The notes beneath the pieces are model-generated. The model did no database searches. It saw nothing but the letters and a program-made list of their open reading frames with translations, and was not told the origin of the DNA. Positions 1-11,887 of a DNA stretch of 64,000 nt are shown one piece after another. The translations under genes were made by a program, and so were the position numbers. The stretch's first letter is position 1, and each line of letters starts with the position of its first letter. The stretch comes from Anaeramoeba ignava BMAN (Eukaryota; Protista; Anaeramoebae), in contig JAPDFW010000089.1 of NCBI GenBank assembly GCA_028826165.1, positions 186,001 through 250,000 of the forward strand. Direction: 5' to 3'.

Positions 1-2165
1 CTAAAATTGGTCAACTTTATTATCATTATTAGTACAAAAAAATAATTTTTACTTGAATTATAAAATTATTTAGAAAATTAATTATAAAATTATTTAATTC
101 AGTTTAAGAACAAGTATTCTTAGTTATTTGCATGAAAGTTATGAATTTTATAAAATGATCCGATTTCATGGATATTATAATAATGTATTTGAACCAAAAG
201 AGTAAAAAATCAAAAAAGTCAAAAAAAAGAATAAAAGAATAAAAGAATAAAAGAATAATTAAATTCAAAACTAAACAAAAGTCCCACACTTGTTATTCGC
301 AAGATGAGATATCTTGCAAGATTTATTCTTGTATGTTTACTTACTGAAAATATATCTTCTTTGATTGAAGTGAAATCTGAAATGAAAAAAACAGTAAGAG
401 CATATGAACAAACATTTCAGCTTCCTGATTCACAAGAATGGTGGACAGTTCTTTCAGAATTGGATCAAATTTTGATGGTAGATTTCAATTATGATTTTAC
501 AATCAAGATGAATTAAATTGAAAAAAAAAAAAATTTTGTTGTTTTCTTCTCTTTTCTTTCCTTCATTGGATTAATTAAATTGTGTTTAGGTTAATACAAT
601 GAAATATTCTTCTAAAGTTGAACAAATGATTCAAGTTTCATATCGTTTACATCAAAATTATTTTTCAGTTTACCATCGAATTAATAAGAGTTTATATTCA
701 ATTTTTGATTCAGAACCAAGATATCATTTGAAAGAAGCTATTATTACAGGAAATAAAACACAAATTAAATTCAGTGAAATGTTAGTTGATTTACTTCGTT
801 TTACTGAATTACTTGAGATTATTGAAGATAAAGATCCAACAGTATAAAAATTTTACATCCAATTTTTTTAGAATGAAGAGAGAAAAAAAATAAATACAAA
901 TATAAAATTATTAAAACACAATTTAAATCCAAATAGGAATTAATTCAATCACCAAAATATAAATGCCCACATAAATTACTTCTTTATCGACCAACAATAT
1001 CACAATTTCTTACAACTTTATCTTCAACAACATCAGTATTATCCAAATCAAATAAACAAAAAAAAGTAAAATCAACTTTAATTACCCATGAATCAATAAT
1101 TTTTAGATATTGGAATCTTATGAAGAAAATTCTGCTCTTCTTCTTTACATTTCAGCAGAAGGTTTTTTTTCTCCTTTAGCAAATATTGGAGGTGCTCAAC
1201 TTAATCCAACTTTCCGTGATTTAAATAGCTTTAAATTTGATTCTATTCCACCAAATGTTCTTTCTTCCCATGATTTACTTCCTTTCACAAGAAGTCCTTG
1301 TTTATTAATTGTTGATTCTTCTTCTAGTTTTGTTTTTCAAGTATTTGGATTTTTATCAGAAAAAAACAAAAAAAGAAAAATCAATTTAATTCTGATAAAA
1401 AAAATTTTATTATCATTTGAAATGCTAATAGGAAATCCCACCAATTTACGGGAAATCATTTATTTGTTTATCATCACCACAAAATCAATTTCCAGGAATT
1501 GGTAATTTAAATGTTAAAATGATATTAAAATTATTTATTTTAAATATTTTATTTATTTTATTCAAATTTAAGATCCTATTGAAGGTGGAATTTTCACACT
1601 CTTTTTAACAAATCCAATTTATGCAATTTGTAAGATCACATCTATTCGAATTCCTCAAGAACAATTTGAAACAGCAATTTTATTATTTGAAAATACAATC
1701 CAAAAATTAATTTTCATTAATTTATGCGATTTGCTTCAAAATCTTTATCAAGAATTTAATCAAGATCAATTGATGTTTTCAAGGCTAGGAATTTCTGAAA
1801 ATGATTCAATTGAAAAACAAACAGAAATATCAACAATGAAACTAGAAAATCATGCAAATGATAATTTAGTGATTCAAGAAGAAAATACTGTTTCAAATAA
1901 TCAAAGTGATTGGGAAAAAATTGCACAATTTGAGAATTTAATTGTTTTGGTTCGATTTCTTGATGATCCTTTTTTTCGCACAATTATTCTTAGATTTATA
2001 TTTTTTGAATATATTTGTAAAACTCATCGTGAACTTAGAAGTGATCCTGATTATTGGCCTAAATCCACTTTTAGATTACCAAATGATTTTCTCAATAATC
2101 CAAAATTGAAAGAATCTGTTGAAAAATTATTAAGTTTTCTTGATTGTAGCCATCATTTTATTTGA
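1..2165 (+). CDS. SCAI: SCAI-like protein (DUF3550), multi-exon, 5' end outside window
   Basis: Exon translations ..MRYLARFILVCLL, CPHKLLLYRPTISQFL, LLLYISAEG, DLLPFTRSPCLLIVDS, FTLFLTNP and FLDDPFFRTIILRFIF match the SCAI motif series; GT-AG introns; stop at 2163-2165. Confidence 0.85.
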
Positions 2166-2214
2166 AAAAAAAAAAAATAAAACAAAACAAAAAAAAATAT
2201 TGAAATTACTTGAT

Positions 2215-5200
2215 TTAATCTTGTTTTTCTTGTTGAGAAAAAATATTTGGAGAAATGAAAGAAACGTGTTTTTGAAAATTTTTAAGTAAAATTGTTAAGG
2301 ATTCAATAAATTCTAATGTATTTTTTTTTAATTGAATGTAAAATATTGTTGAATCATTATGAAAATGAATTTGAACTAAATTTTCAATGTTATTTGTTGA
2401 ATCTAAAATTATATTTTTAATAACACCATAAGGGATTTCAACTTCAATTGATAAAGATTTTTGTTTTGCGAAAATGATTGAATCAAAAGTGATGTAAATA
2501 ATTCTTTTTGTTTTATCATCAATTTCAATTTGATTTTCATTTTCATTTTCATTTTGATTTTCATTTTGATTTTCAATTTGATTTTCATTTTGAATTTGAT
2601 TTTGATTTTGATTTTGATTTTCATTTTCATTTTCAATTTGATTTTCATTTTCATTTTGATTTTCATTTTGATTTTGATTTTGATTTTGATTTTGATTTTG
2701 ATTTTGATTTTGATTTTGATTTTGATTTTGATTTTGATTTTCATTTTCATTTTCATTTTGATTTTGATTTTGATTTTGAATTTGAATTTGATTTTGATTT
2801 TGATTTTGATTTTGAATTTTTAATCCATTTGAATAAAATACTGTAACCAATTTTGGAATAAATTCAAATCCTCGAAGAAAAAGTGATTGAATAAAATAAT
2901 CTCGTTCTTTTATTGATCTAAAAATATAACATTGTTTTTCTTGTTGATTTTGTTGTTGATTTTCATTTACTTTTTCTTGATTTTGTTGTTGTTTTTCTTG
3001 ATTTTGTTGATTTTGCTGTTGATTTTGCTGTTGATTTTCATTTGTTTTTTCTTGTTGATTTTCATTTGTTTTATTAAATAATATTAATACTTCTGGTTCT
3101 TTTTCAATTACAAAAATTTTATTAATTTTCTCAATTAAATTCTCTTTTTGAATTTTCCATTTTTTTTGATCAATATCTAATAATGAATTTTGAGTAACTT
3201 TTACTAATCTAAATAAATAAATAAATATGAATAAATAACATAAATTGAAATTTCTTTAATTTAATTGATTTTGTTTTCTTCATTTTTTAAATGGATTACT
3301 GAATGGATTTTGTTTCTTTGGAATCAATTTTTGTTATTGGAAAAACTTCAGGAAAAAAATATTTGGATTCATTTGGAAGTTTAAGATGAAAATTTGGAAA
3401 AAATGGTTCAAAATCAAAAACATTATAAATTTCTGTAATTTTTCTTTTTATAGGAAGAGAAAGAGCTGAAAATAACTTGAACCAATGATCTGTATACCTT
3501 AAGAAGTAACAAGGATATAAAACATATAATCTATCTAAATTATTTTTTTGACTGAATAAATTTACATTTAATTAATTAAATGAATGAATAAAATTGGAAT
3601 TCAAAAAGAAAAAAAATCAAAAATACTTTTGATTAATAAGTGTTGAAAGTAAATGAACTATTTTCTCAATTTGAATTTGCATATTATCTGAAAGAAATGT
3701 AAATGATAAATCAGCAATAACTGAATATTTTGAATTCAAAATATGAGCAACAGATTCAATTGAAAAATTGATTATGGATTCTAAATCATTGAAAAAAAAA
3801 TCAGGAACTCTGTGAAAAATTAAATAAATTATTGTATGACGACTATCTAATTGATCTGTATAAATGAAATTTGCTTGTTGATATGCATTTTTCAAACTAT
3901 GTCTATTAACTGTCACGAAATTGTATTTTGGATAAAACCGAATATTTGGAATTGAAAATGGTGGTATTCCTATTTCGGAAATTATTTTGAATAATTTTGT
4001 TAAACGTTGATTCCATTTTTCACATTTTTTTGGATCTTGAATATGAAGATGAATAGATTCTTTCATTTTTGAATTTGGATCAATAATTTTCTTTATTATT
4101 TCCATATTATCATAAAATGCTTTGTGGATAATTTGGATATCTCTAAATGATAATGAGTATTTTTGAATCAAATCATCAATTTCATTAATATTTTCATTTT
4201 CATTTTCATTTTCATTTTCATTTTCATTTTCATTTTCATTTTCATTTTGATTTTCATTTTCATCAATTTTTGAAACTCGATCCAAAAATTCAATCATTCG
4301 ATCTTTATTAACTTCAATAAAATCATTAAATTCAGAATTAATTGTTGATAAATCACTATAAAATTTTTTAAGATTTGCTAAATTTTGAAGAAGTTGAGTA
4401 ATTAAAATTAAATTTCTTCTTGCTCTTGGAGAAACCGAATATTCTGGAGGAAGAAGTCCAAATGCTTCAGGTGAAACAATTGCAGAATTAAAAAAACTAA
4501 TCAAATATAAATGATAACAAATAAATATTGTGTTTTTTTAAAAAGAAACAAAGAAAATAAATTACCGAAGAAGAATATATCCACCAACTAATTGTTGAAC
4601 TTGATTAGGTGCGAATTTCTTGGCAAATTCAGAAATCATATTTGATATTTTTTTCATTCCAATCGGTAATTCAGTTAAATTTTGTTCTGATACTATTTTT
4701 TCAAATAATAATTGAGCAATTAATCTAAGATCTCTTTTACGTTGAGAAATGATTTGTTTTAATTTGTCTTCATCAAGTTTTAAATCTTGTTCTAAAGTAC
4801 TATTTTAAGAAAAAAAAATTTTTTATTTATTAAAAAAAGTGGAAGAAAAAAAAAATTTTTTTTTTATACTAATGATCTATTTCTAAATCTAATGTTTGAT
4901 CAGTAACTGTTCCTACTATAACATTCCCAATTACTTGAAGAAGGAAATCTGAACCAACATGTTCTAATTTTAAAAATTTTAATTTTAATTTTTATTTTAA
5001 TTTTAATTTTAATTTTAATTTTAATTTTAATTTTAATTTTAATTTTAATTTTAATTTAATTTTAATTTTAATTTTAAAATAAAATTTTACGTGAATAATG
5101 TGAACACATTTTTGTTGTAAAAGAATTTCCTCGAAGAATTGAACCAGAATCTGATTCTGCAACTTTTTGAAATTCTAATTTCATTAAAGAACGAATTATA

Positions 5201-5499
5201 GGGAAAATTGTTTTTGTTTTCACTCCAATTTGAACAACTGAACGAGTTAAAGCATCAATTTCTCTAATATCTGCAACTTTAGATAGAATTTTTAAATAAC
5301 TTTTTTTTTACAAAATGATTGAGGAAATTAATTTTAAAATGAAAAACAACTTTATTAAATTTTTTTTTTTAAACCTTTTTTCACTTAATATAAGTTTAAG
5401 AAATTTATTATAATATTTTGCTTTATGAATAATTTGCTCTTTTGAAATTTCAATTAATGCTTTTTGTTTAGAGTATTTTTCAAAAACTGAAACAGACAT
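2215..5499 (-). CDS. Neurofibromin-like RasGAP (GAP domain + Sec14/CRAL-TRIO-like + PH-like), multi-exon
   Basis: Arg-finger [11 protein letters not shown] (~5105-5140); GGYILLR|[14 protein letters not shown] and [16 protein letters not shown] (NF1-type FLR motif); downstream YSVIADLS...LDRLYVLYP (Sec14-like) and PH-like segments. Confidence 0.8.
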
Positions 5500-5569
5500 T
5501 AACCAAAAAAAAAAAATGAAAAAAAAAGTGAAAAAATTTTTTCATTTTTTTTTTCTCAATTCTTTTATC

Positions 5570-7110
5570 AAAATTATTTACAAATTTATTTATAGAATTA
5601 TTTATAGAATTATTTATAGAATTATTTATAGAATTATTTACAGATTTATTTATAGAATTATTTATAGAATTATTTATAGAATTATTTACAAATTTATTTA
5701 TAAATTTATTTATAACTTTATTTACAAATTTATTTACAAATTTATTTACAGAATTATTTACAAAATTATTTACAGATTTATTTATAAATTTATTTACAAA
5801 TTTATTTATAAATTTATTTACAAATTTATTTACAAATTTATTTACAAATTTATTTACAAATTTATTTACAAATTTATTTACAAATTTATTTATAAATTTA
5901 TTTATAAATTTATTTACAAATTTATTTATAAATTTATTTACAAATTTATTTATAAATTTATTTATAGATTTATTTATAAATTTATTTACAACTTTATTTA
6001 TAACTTTATTTACAAATTTATTTACAAATTTATTTACAAATTTATTTACAAATTTATTTACAAATTTATTTACAAATTTATTTACAAATTTATTTACAAA
6101 TTTATTTACAAATTTATTTATAGATTTATTTACAAATTTATTTACAAATTTATTTACAGATTTATTTACAGATTTATTTACAGATTTATTTACAAATTTA
6201 TTTACAAATTTATCTTAGATTTATTTACAAATTTATTTACAGATTTATTTACAAATTTATTTACAAATTTATTTTGATATTTATTTACAAATTTATTTAC
6301 AGATTTATTTATAAATTTATTTACAGAATTATTTATAGATTTATTTACAAATTTATTTACAAATTTATTTATAAATTTATTTATAAATTTATTTATAGAA
6401 TTATTTACAAATTTATTTATAAATTTATTTATAGAATTATTTATAGAATTATTTATAAATTTATTTACAAATTTATTTACAGATTTATTTATAAATTTAT
6501 TTATAAATTTATCTTAGATTTATTTACAAATTTATTTACAGATTTATTTTACAAATTTATTTACAAATTTATTTTGATATTTATTTACAAATTTATTTAT
6601 AGATTTATTTACAAATTTATTTACAAATTTATTTTACAAATTTATTTACAAATTTATTTTACAAATTTATTTAATAGTTTATTTACAAATTTATTTATAA
6701 ATTTATTTATAAATTTATTTACAACTTTATTTATAAATTTATTTATAAATTTATTTACAAATTTATTTAAAAATTTATTTACAGATTTATTTATAAATTT
6801 ATTTACGAATTTATTTACAAATTTATCTTAGATTTATTTACAAATTTATTTACAAATTTATTTATAAATTTATTTACAAATTTATTTACAAATTTATTTA
6901 CAGATTTATTTACAAATTTATTTACAAATTTATTTACAAATTTATTTACAAATTTATTTATAAATTTATTTACAGAATTATTTATAAATTTATTTACAAA
7001 TTTATTTATAGATTTATTTACAAATTTATTTACAGATTTATTTACAAATTTATTTACAAATTTATTTACAAATTTATTTACAAAATTATTTATAAAATTA
7101 TTTACAACTT
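5570..7110. repeat. Intergenic 12-nt minisatellite (TTTATTTAYARA)n
   Basis: Direct reading; source of the spurious IYKF ORFs. Confidence 0.95.
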
Positions 7111-7134
7111 TATTTTGATATTTATATTTCCATT

Positions 7135-7352
7135 TGAATTTGGAATTTGGGATTGAATTTGGAATTGGATTTATATTTAGATTTATATTTAGATTTAGAT
7201 TTAGATTTATATTTAGATTTAGATTTGGATTTGGATTTAGATTTATATTTAGATTTAGATTTATATTTGGATTTAGATTTAGATTTGGATTTGGATTTAT
7301 TTTTAGATTTATATTTAGATTTATATTTAGATTTAGATTTGGATTTGGATTT
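7135..7352. repeat. 6-nt repeat (TTTAGA/TTTGGA/TTTATA)n
   Basis: Direct reading. Confidence 0.9.
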
Positions 7353-7617
7353 ATGACTTTGGTGTTTATGTTTTTGGTTCGAAATTGTTTTGTTTTGTTT
7401 TATTTTTTAAATTAAATTTATTAGCCATTTTGTTCTTAATTAAAAATAAATAAAAACAAAAAAAGAAAAAAAAAATTTTTTTTTAAAGATCTCCTTTTCT
7501 TTTTTTTTTTCAATTAAAAAATAAAAACAAAATTTCATTTTTTTTTTTCATTTTTTTTTTGTTCATTTCTTTTTCTATATTTTGTGTTGATTTTTATTAC
7601 TTTTTATTATTTTTTTG

Positions 7618-9963
7618 ATGTCTGTTCCTAAATTTAGTGTATGTTTTATTTTAATTATTTTTATTTTATTTTTATTTTAATTTTTTTTTTTGGGGTGTGT
7701 TTGTGTTTCTGTTTTAGTTTTTATTTTATTTTATTAACGTTAAAACTTAAATTAAAAAAAAAATTTTTTTATTTAAACAAAAAAAAAAAGGATGAAGAAG
7801 CCTTATTTGAGGCTGCTGAAGAAGGAAAAGTTTCACAAGTTGCTAAATTATTAAAAAAGGGTGTTCGAGTTGATGCAGAAAATCAAGTATAAATTTAATT
7901 TAATTTAGTTTTATTTCTAAAAAAAATTCTTAATTAACCATTTTAAATTTAAAAACATTTAAAAACAAATTTAAAAACAAATTTAAAAACAAATTTAAAA
8001 ACAAATTTAAAAACAAATTTAAAAACAAATTAAATTTAAAATTAAAATAAAAATTGGAAATTAAATTTAAAACAAATTTAAAACAAATTTAAAAACAAAT
8101 TTAAAAACAAATTTAAAAACATTTAAAAACAAATTTAAAAACAAATTTAAAAACAAATTTAAAACAAATTTAAAATTAAAATGGAAATTAAATTTAAAAT
8201 TAAATTGGAAATTAAATTGGAAATTAAATTTAAAATTAAATTTAAAATTAAATTGGAAATTAAATTTAAAATTAAAATGGAAATTAAATTTAAAAACAAA
8301 TTTAAAACAAATTTAAAATAAAAATTGGAAATTAAATTTAAAAACAAATTTAAAAACAAATTTAAAAACAAATTTAAAACAAATTTAAAATAAAAATTCG
8401 AAACGAATTTAAAATTAAATTGGAAATTAAATTTAAAAACAAATTTAAAATAAAAATTTAAAATTAAAATAAAAATTGGAAATTAAATTTATTTTTATTA
8501 GGATGTAATCGATATTTGCTTTAATAATAAAATTTTTTTTTTCTTTATTTAATAAGCTTTCATTATTATAGAGATGGAATCCACTCCTTGTTGCAACACA
8601 AGAAGGACATGAAGATGTTGTAAGATTGCTTCTTGAAAATCACGCAAATGTGAATCACCAAAACAAAGTAAAAAACAAAACTAAAAAAAATTTCATCATT
8701 TAAATTTAAATTTAAATTTAAATTTAAATTCTTTTTTTTTTATTTAATTTTTTAGAATGTATTTCTTTTTCTTTTTAAATCATAAAGAAGAAAATATATT
8801 AAATAACTTATTTTATATATATCAATTTATTATTCAGGGTGCAACTGCATTATATATTGCAAGTCAAGAAGGACACCAGGAAATTGTGAAAGAATTAATC
8901 AAAAAAAAAGCATCTATTGATCTTACTAATTCTGTTTGAATTATATTAATTAAAAAAAATTTTAATTTTATATTAATTTATTTTATATTAATTTAGAATG
9001 TAATTAATATTATTTTTATTATTGAGAAAATTGATTAAATAATTTAATAATCGATTAATTATTTTTTTTAAGGGAGCAACTCCTTTGTTAATTGCTTGCC
9101 AAGAAGGTCATTTAGAAATTGTTAGAGAACTTCTTAATGCTGGTGCAGATGTTAACCATGCAGATTCTGTAAATAAATAAATAAAAATAATTTTATCATT
9201 TCTTTATTTATTTAATATACTTATTTTTTAAATAATTTTAATTTTAGAAAGTAAATTTTTTTTTGATATTAATTCGTATTTTAATTATTTATTTATAATT
9301 TTTTAGAATGTAATTTAAAATTAAAATTAAATTAAATTAAATATCAATATAATTTAAACTAAGTTCTATTGATTAAATTCAAAAAGGGTGATACTGCTCT
9401 TCAATATGCAGTGAGTAATAGACATTTGGACGTAGTTAAAGAATTGTTAGCAAGAAATGTTCTTGTTGATGTTCAAGATAAAGTAAATCAAAATAAATCA
9501 AAATAAATCAAATGATTTACTAATTTTTAAATATAAAATAGTATGTAAAAAAAAATATTTTAATTGAATTTTGGAATGTAATTAAATAAAAAATTTAATT
9601 AATTATTTGTTTAAAAGGGAGATACTGCTTTAATGCTTGCTTGCGAAATTGGATTAGTTCCTTTTGTTAGAGAACTTATTAAAGCAAATGCTTCTGTTGA
9701 TAAAACAAATTCAGTAAATCAAAATAATTTTAAATTTTTAATTTTTAATTTTTAATTTTTAAAATAAAAAAAGGATGTAAATTAAAATTATTTTAGAAGA
9801 AGTAAAAAAATTTTATTTTTATTATTATTTTTATTATTAGGGAAATACTGCACTTGATTTGGCAGAAGAAGAAGAAATTAAACAATTACTTCAAAGTAAA
9901 ATTAAGAAAAAAACAAGAGGAGCTTTTGCAAAATGTTTTGCTTGCGGACAATCAGACAACTAA
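7618..9963 (+). CDS. Ankyrin-repeat protein (6-7 repeats). Exons 7618-7638, 7791-7886, 8572-8667, 8838-8933, 9073-9168, 9387-9482, 9618-9713, 9841-9963, plus 3-nt microexons
   Basis: Six exons of exactly 96 nt (e.g. GATPLLIACQEGHLEIVRELLNAGADVNHADS), all phase-0 GT-AG; C-terminus ...KCFACGQSDN*. Confidence 0.92.
8502..9776 (+). other. 3-nt microexons: 8502-8504 GAT, 8756-8758 AAT, 8997-8999 AAT, 9248-9250 AAA, 9307-9309 AAT, 9542-9544 TAT, 9774-9776 GAT
   Basis: Each is AG|NNN|GTA in a G-poor intron; 32-aa exon + 1 codon gives the canonical 33-aa ankyrin repeat. Confidence 0.85.
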
Positions 9964-10281
9964 ATGATTTTTGATTTTTGATTTTTGATTTTTTTTTACT
10001 CTTTTTTTTTCTGAATTCTTTTGCTTTTTTTTTTTTCTTCAAAATTATCAAAAAAGTATCAAAGCATTTATTAAATCAAAATGAAAAATAGAATTGGTTA
10101 AATTCTAATATGATAAGTATTCTTTTATCGTAATAATAATAATAAATAAAAAATAAAAATAAAAAAAGAAATTAAATGAAGTTTATGAATGAATTTTATT
10201 TTGGAAAAAGAAAAAAAATGGAATTTAAAATTTGAAATTTAAAAAAGAATTTAAAATTGGAAATCAAATTTAAAATTGAAA

Positions 10282-11717
10282 TCATTTTCTTTTTGAAGAA
10301 AAAAATGAGTATTTGTTTCTCTTTTGAATATTTGATAATTCTTTAATAGTAAGAGTTAAACCCCTCTTTTCTAAAACTGAAGGAATTGGTTTTTCACTGT
10401 TAGGTTTTTTTACAGCAATATCAGCAGACTTTCTTTCATAATCAATAGTCAAAACAGAAATTTCACCGAATTCTTGGAAAATTTCCATCAAATCGTTTCT
10501 TTTTAGTTTTTCAATTATTCCCAAAACTCTGTAATTTTTTTGAGACTGACGATTTTTTTGATAAGATCTATCAGTGTTTCTCCAGTTTGTATCGAAGTTT
10601 TGTTGCTGTCTAGAATCCCAGTTATGGTGCTGTTGGAAATTTGAATGATGGAAATTTTGGTATCTGGAATGATTTTTATAAGGTCTTCTTTGTTGATTTT
10701 GATATTTTTCATTATATAATCCTTGATTTTGTTGAAATTGAGGGTATTGCTGATTGCGATATTGCTGGTGGTAATAGTTCTGGTTGTGATATTGAGGAAT
10801 GCCTCGTTTTTCTTGATGTTCTTGATGTTGGTTCTCATTTTGTATATTTTGCTCATCGTCTTGATCCTCATCTTGATCCTCATTTTGTTCGTCATCTTGT
10901 TCATCATCTTGCTCGTCGGATTGCTCGTTTTCATCTTGGTTGTTTTCGTTGCTTTCGTCTGATTCACTTTCGGATTTTTCCTGCTGAGCAACTGAATTAT
11001 GTTGAGAATAAGTCATTTTTGAAGTGAAATTTTGATTGTTTTTTTCAACTTGTTTTTTTGGTTGAATTTTTTCATTAAATGTTTGATTTTTGAAACTTTT
11101 TTCCAAATCAACAAGATCATAGGCTTCTTGCTGGTGATTTTGCTGAATTTTGTTTGTTTGTTGAGGTTGTATTTGTGGGGATGTTTGTTGAGTCTGTTTT
11201 TGAACGTTATCCAAATATCTTAGAATATCATTTATGATGTAAAATGAGCTTGAAATTTGAAAAAGAACGAAAGTTCGTGCAAATTTATAAGAATTATTGT
11301 TTTTCATAGTTGTATTGCCAATAGCATGAATAAGAATATAATTTCCTTTAATTTCTTGATAAGTCGCATCAATTACATGTGTTTTGCAATCTTTATACTT
11401 TTCTTCATTGAACATTGCTTTTAAATCCTAATTTAATTTAATTTAATTTAATTAGATTTAATTTAATTAGATTTAATTTAGATTTAATTTAATTTAATTT
11501 AATTTATTTTAATTTTATTTAATTTATTTAGATTTAATTTAATTTATACTTCATATGTTTTATTTTTGCTTTTTTTTCCATCTTTTCCGTGTGAAAAACT
11601 GCATTCTTTATCATAAAAATTTATTATTTCTTCAGGATTTGATGATAGTTGAGAATAATAATGATTTAAAAATTCAATACCAATATCTTCTGGTGTAGGT
11701 TTTTGTTGGGGTTGCAT
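10282..11717 (-). CDS. G3BP/Bre5-like NTF2 + acidic/Q-rich + RRM protein
   Basis: N-term IGIEFLNHYYSQLSSNPEEIINFY...FARTFVLFQ...FYIINDILRY (NTF2 fold), acidic tract, C-terminal RRM-like LMEIFQEFGEI. Confidence 0.8.
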
Positions 11718-11887
11718 TTTATTTTTTTTTAATAATAAAAGAAAAATAAATGAAAAAAAAAATGAAAAAAAAAATTTTTGTTTTTTTTGTTTTCATTTTT
11801 TTTCCTTCCATTTTTTCTCATAACTATTTTTAAAAAACAAAACAAAATTTTATTTCGTTTGAATTTTTTTTTCTTTTATTAAAAATA

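Noticed and set aside
7135-7352. Telomere-like TTTAGA/TTTGGA hexamers
   Set aside because: Heterogeneous, internal and lacking a G-run; similar units occur in introns.
5516-7415. IYKF, FRFI and LDLD ORFs
   Set aside because: Translations of 12- and 6-nt satellites.
9571-9580. TTTTGG-AAT-GTA, resembling a further microexon
   Set aside because: GG instead of AG, and only 30 nt from the previous donor; at most a decayed copy.
9795-9803. TTTTAG-AAGAA-GTA cassette
   Set aside because: 5 nt (or 2 nt) breaks the frame, and it lies only ~20 nt from the previous donor.
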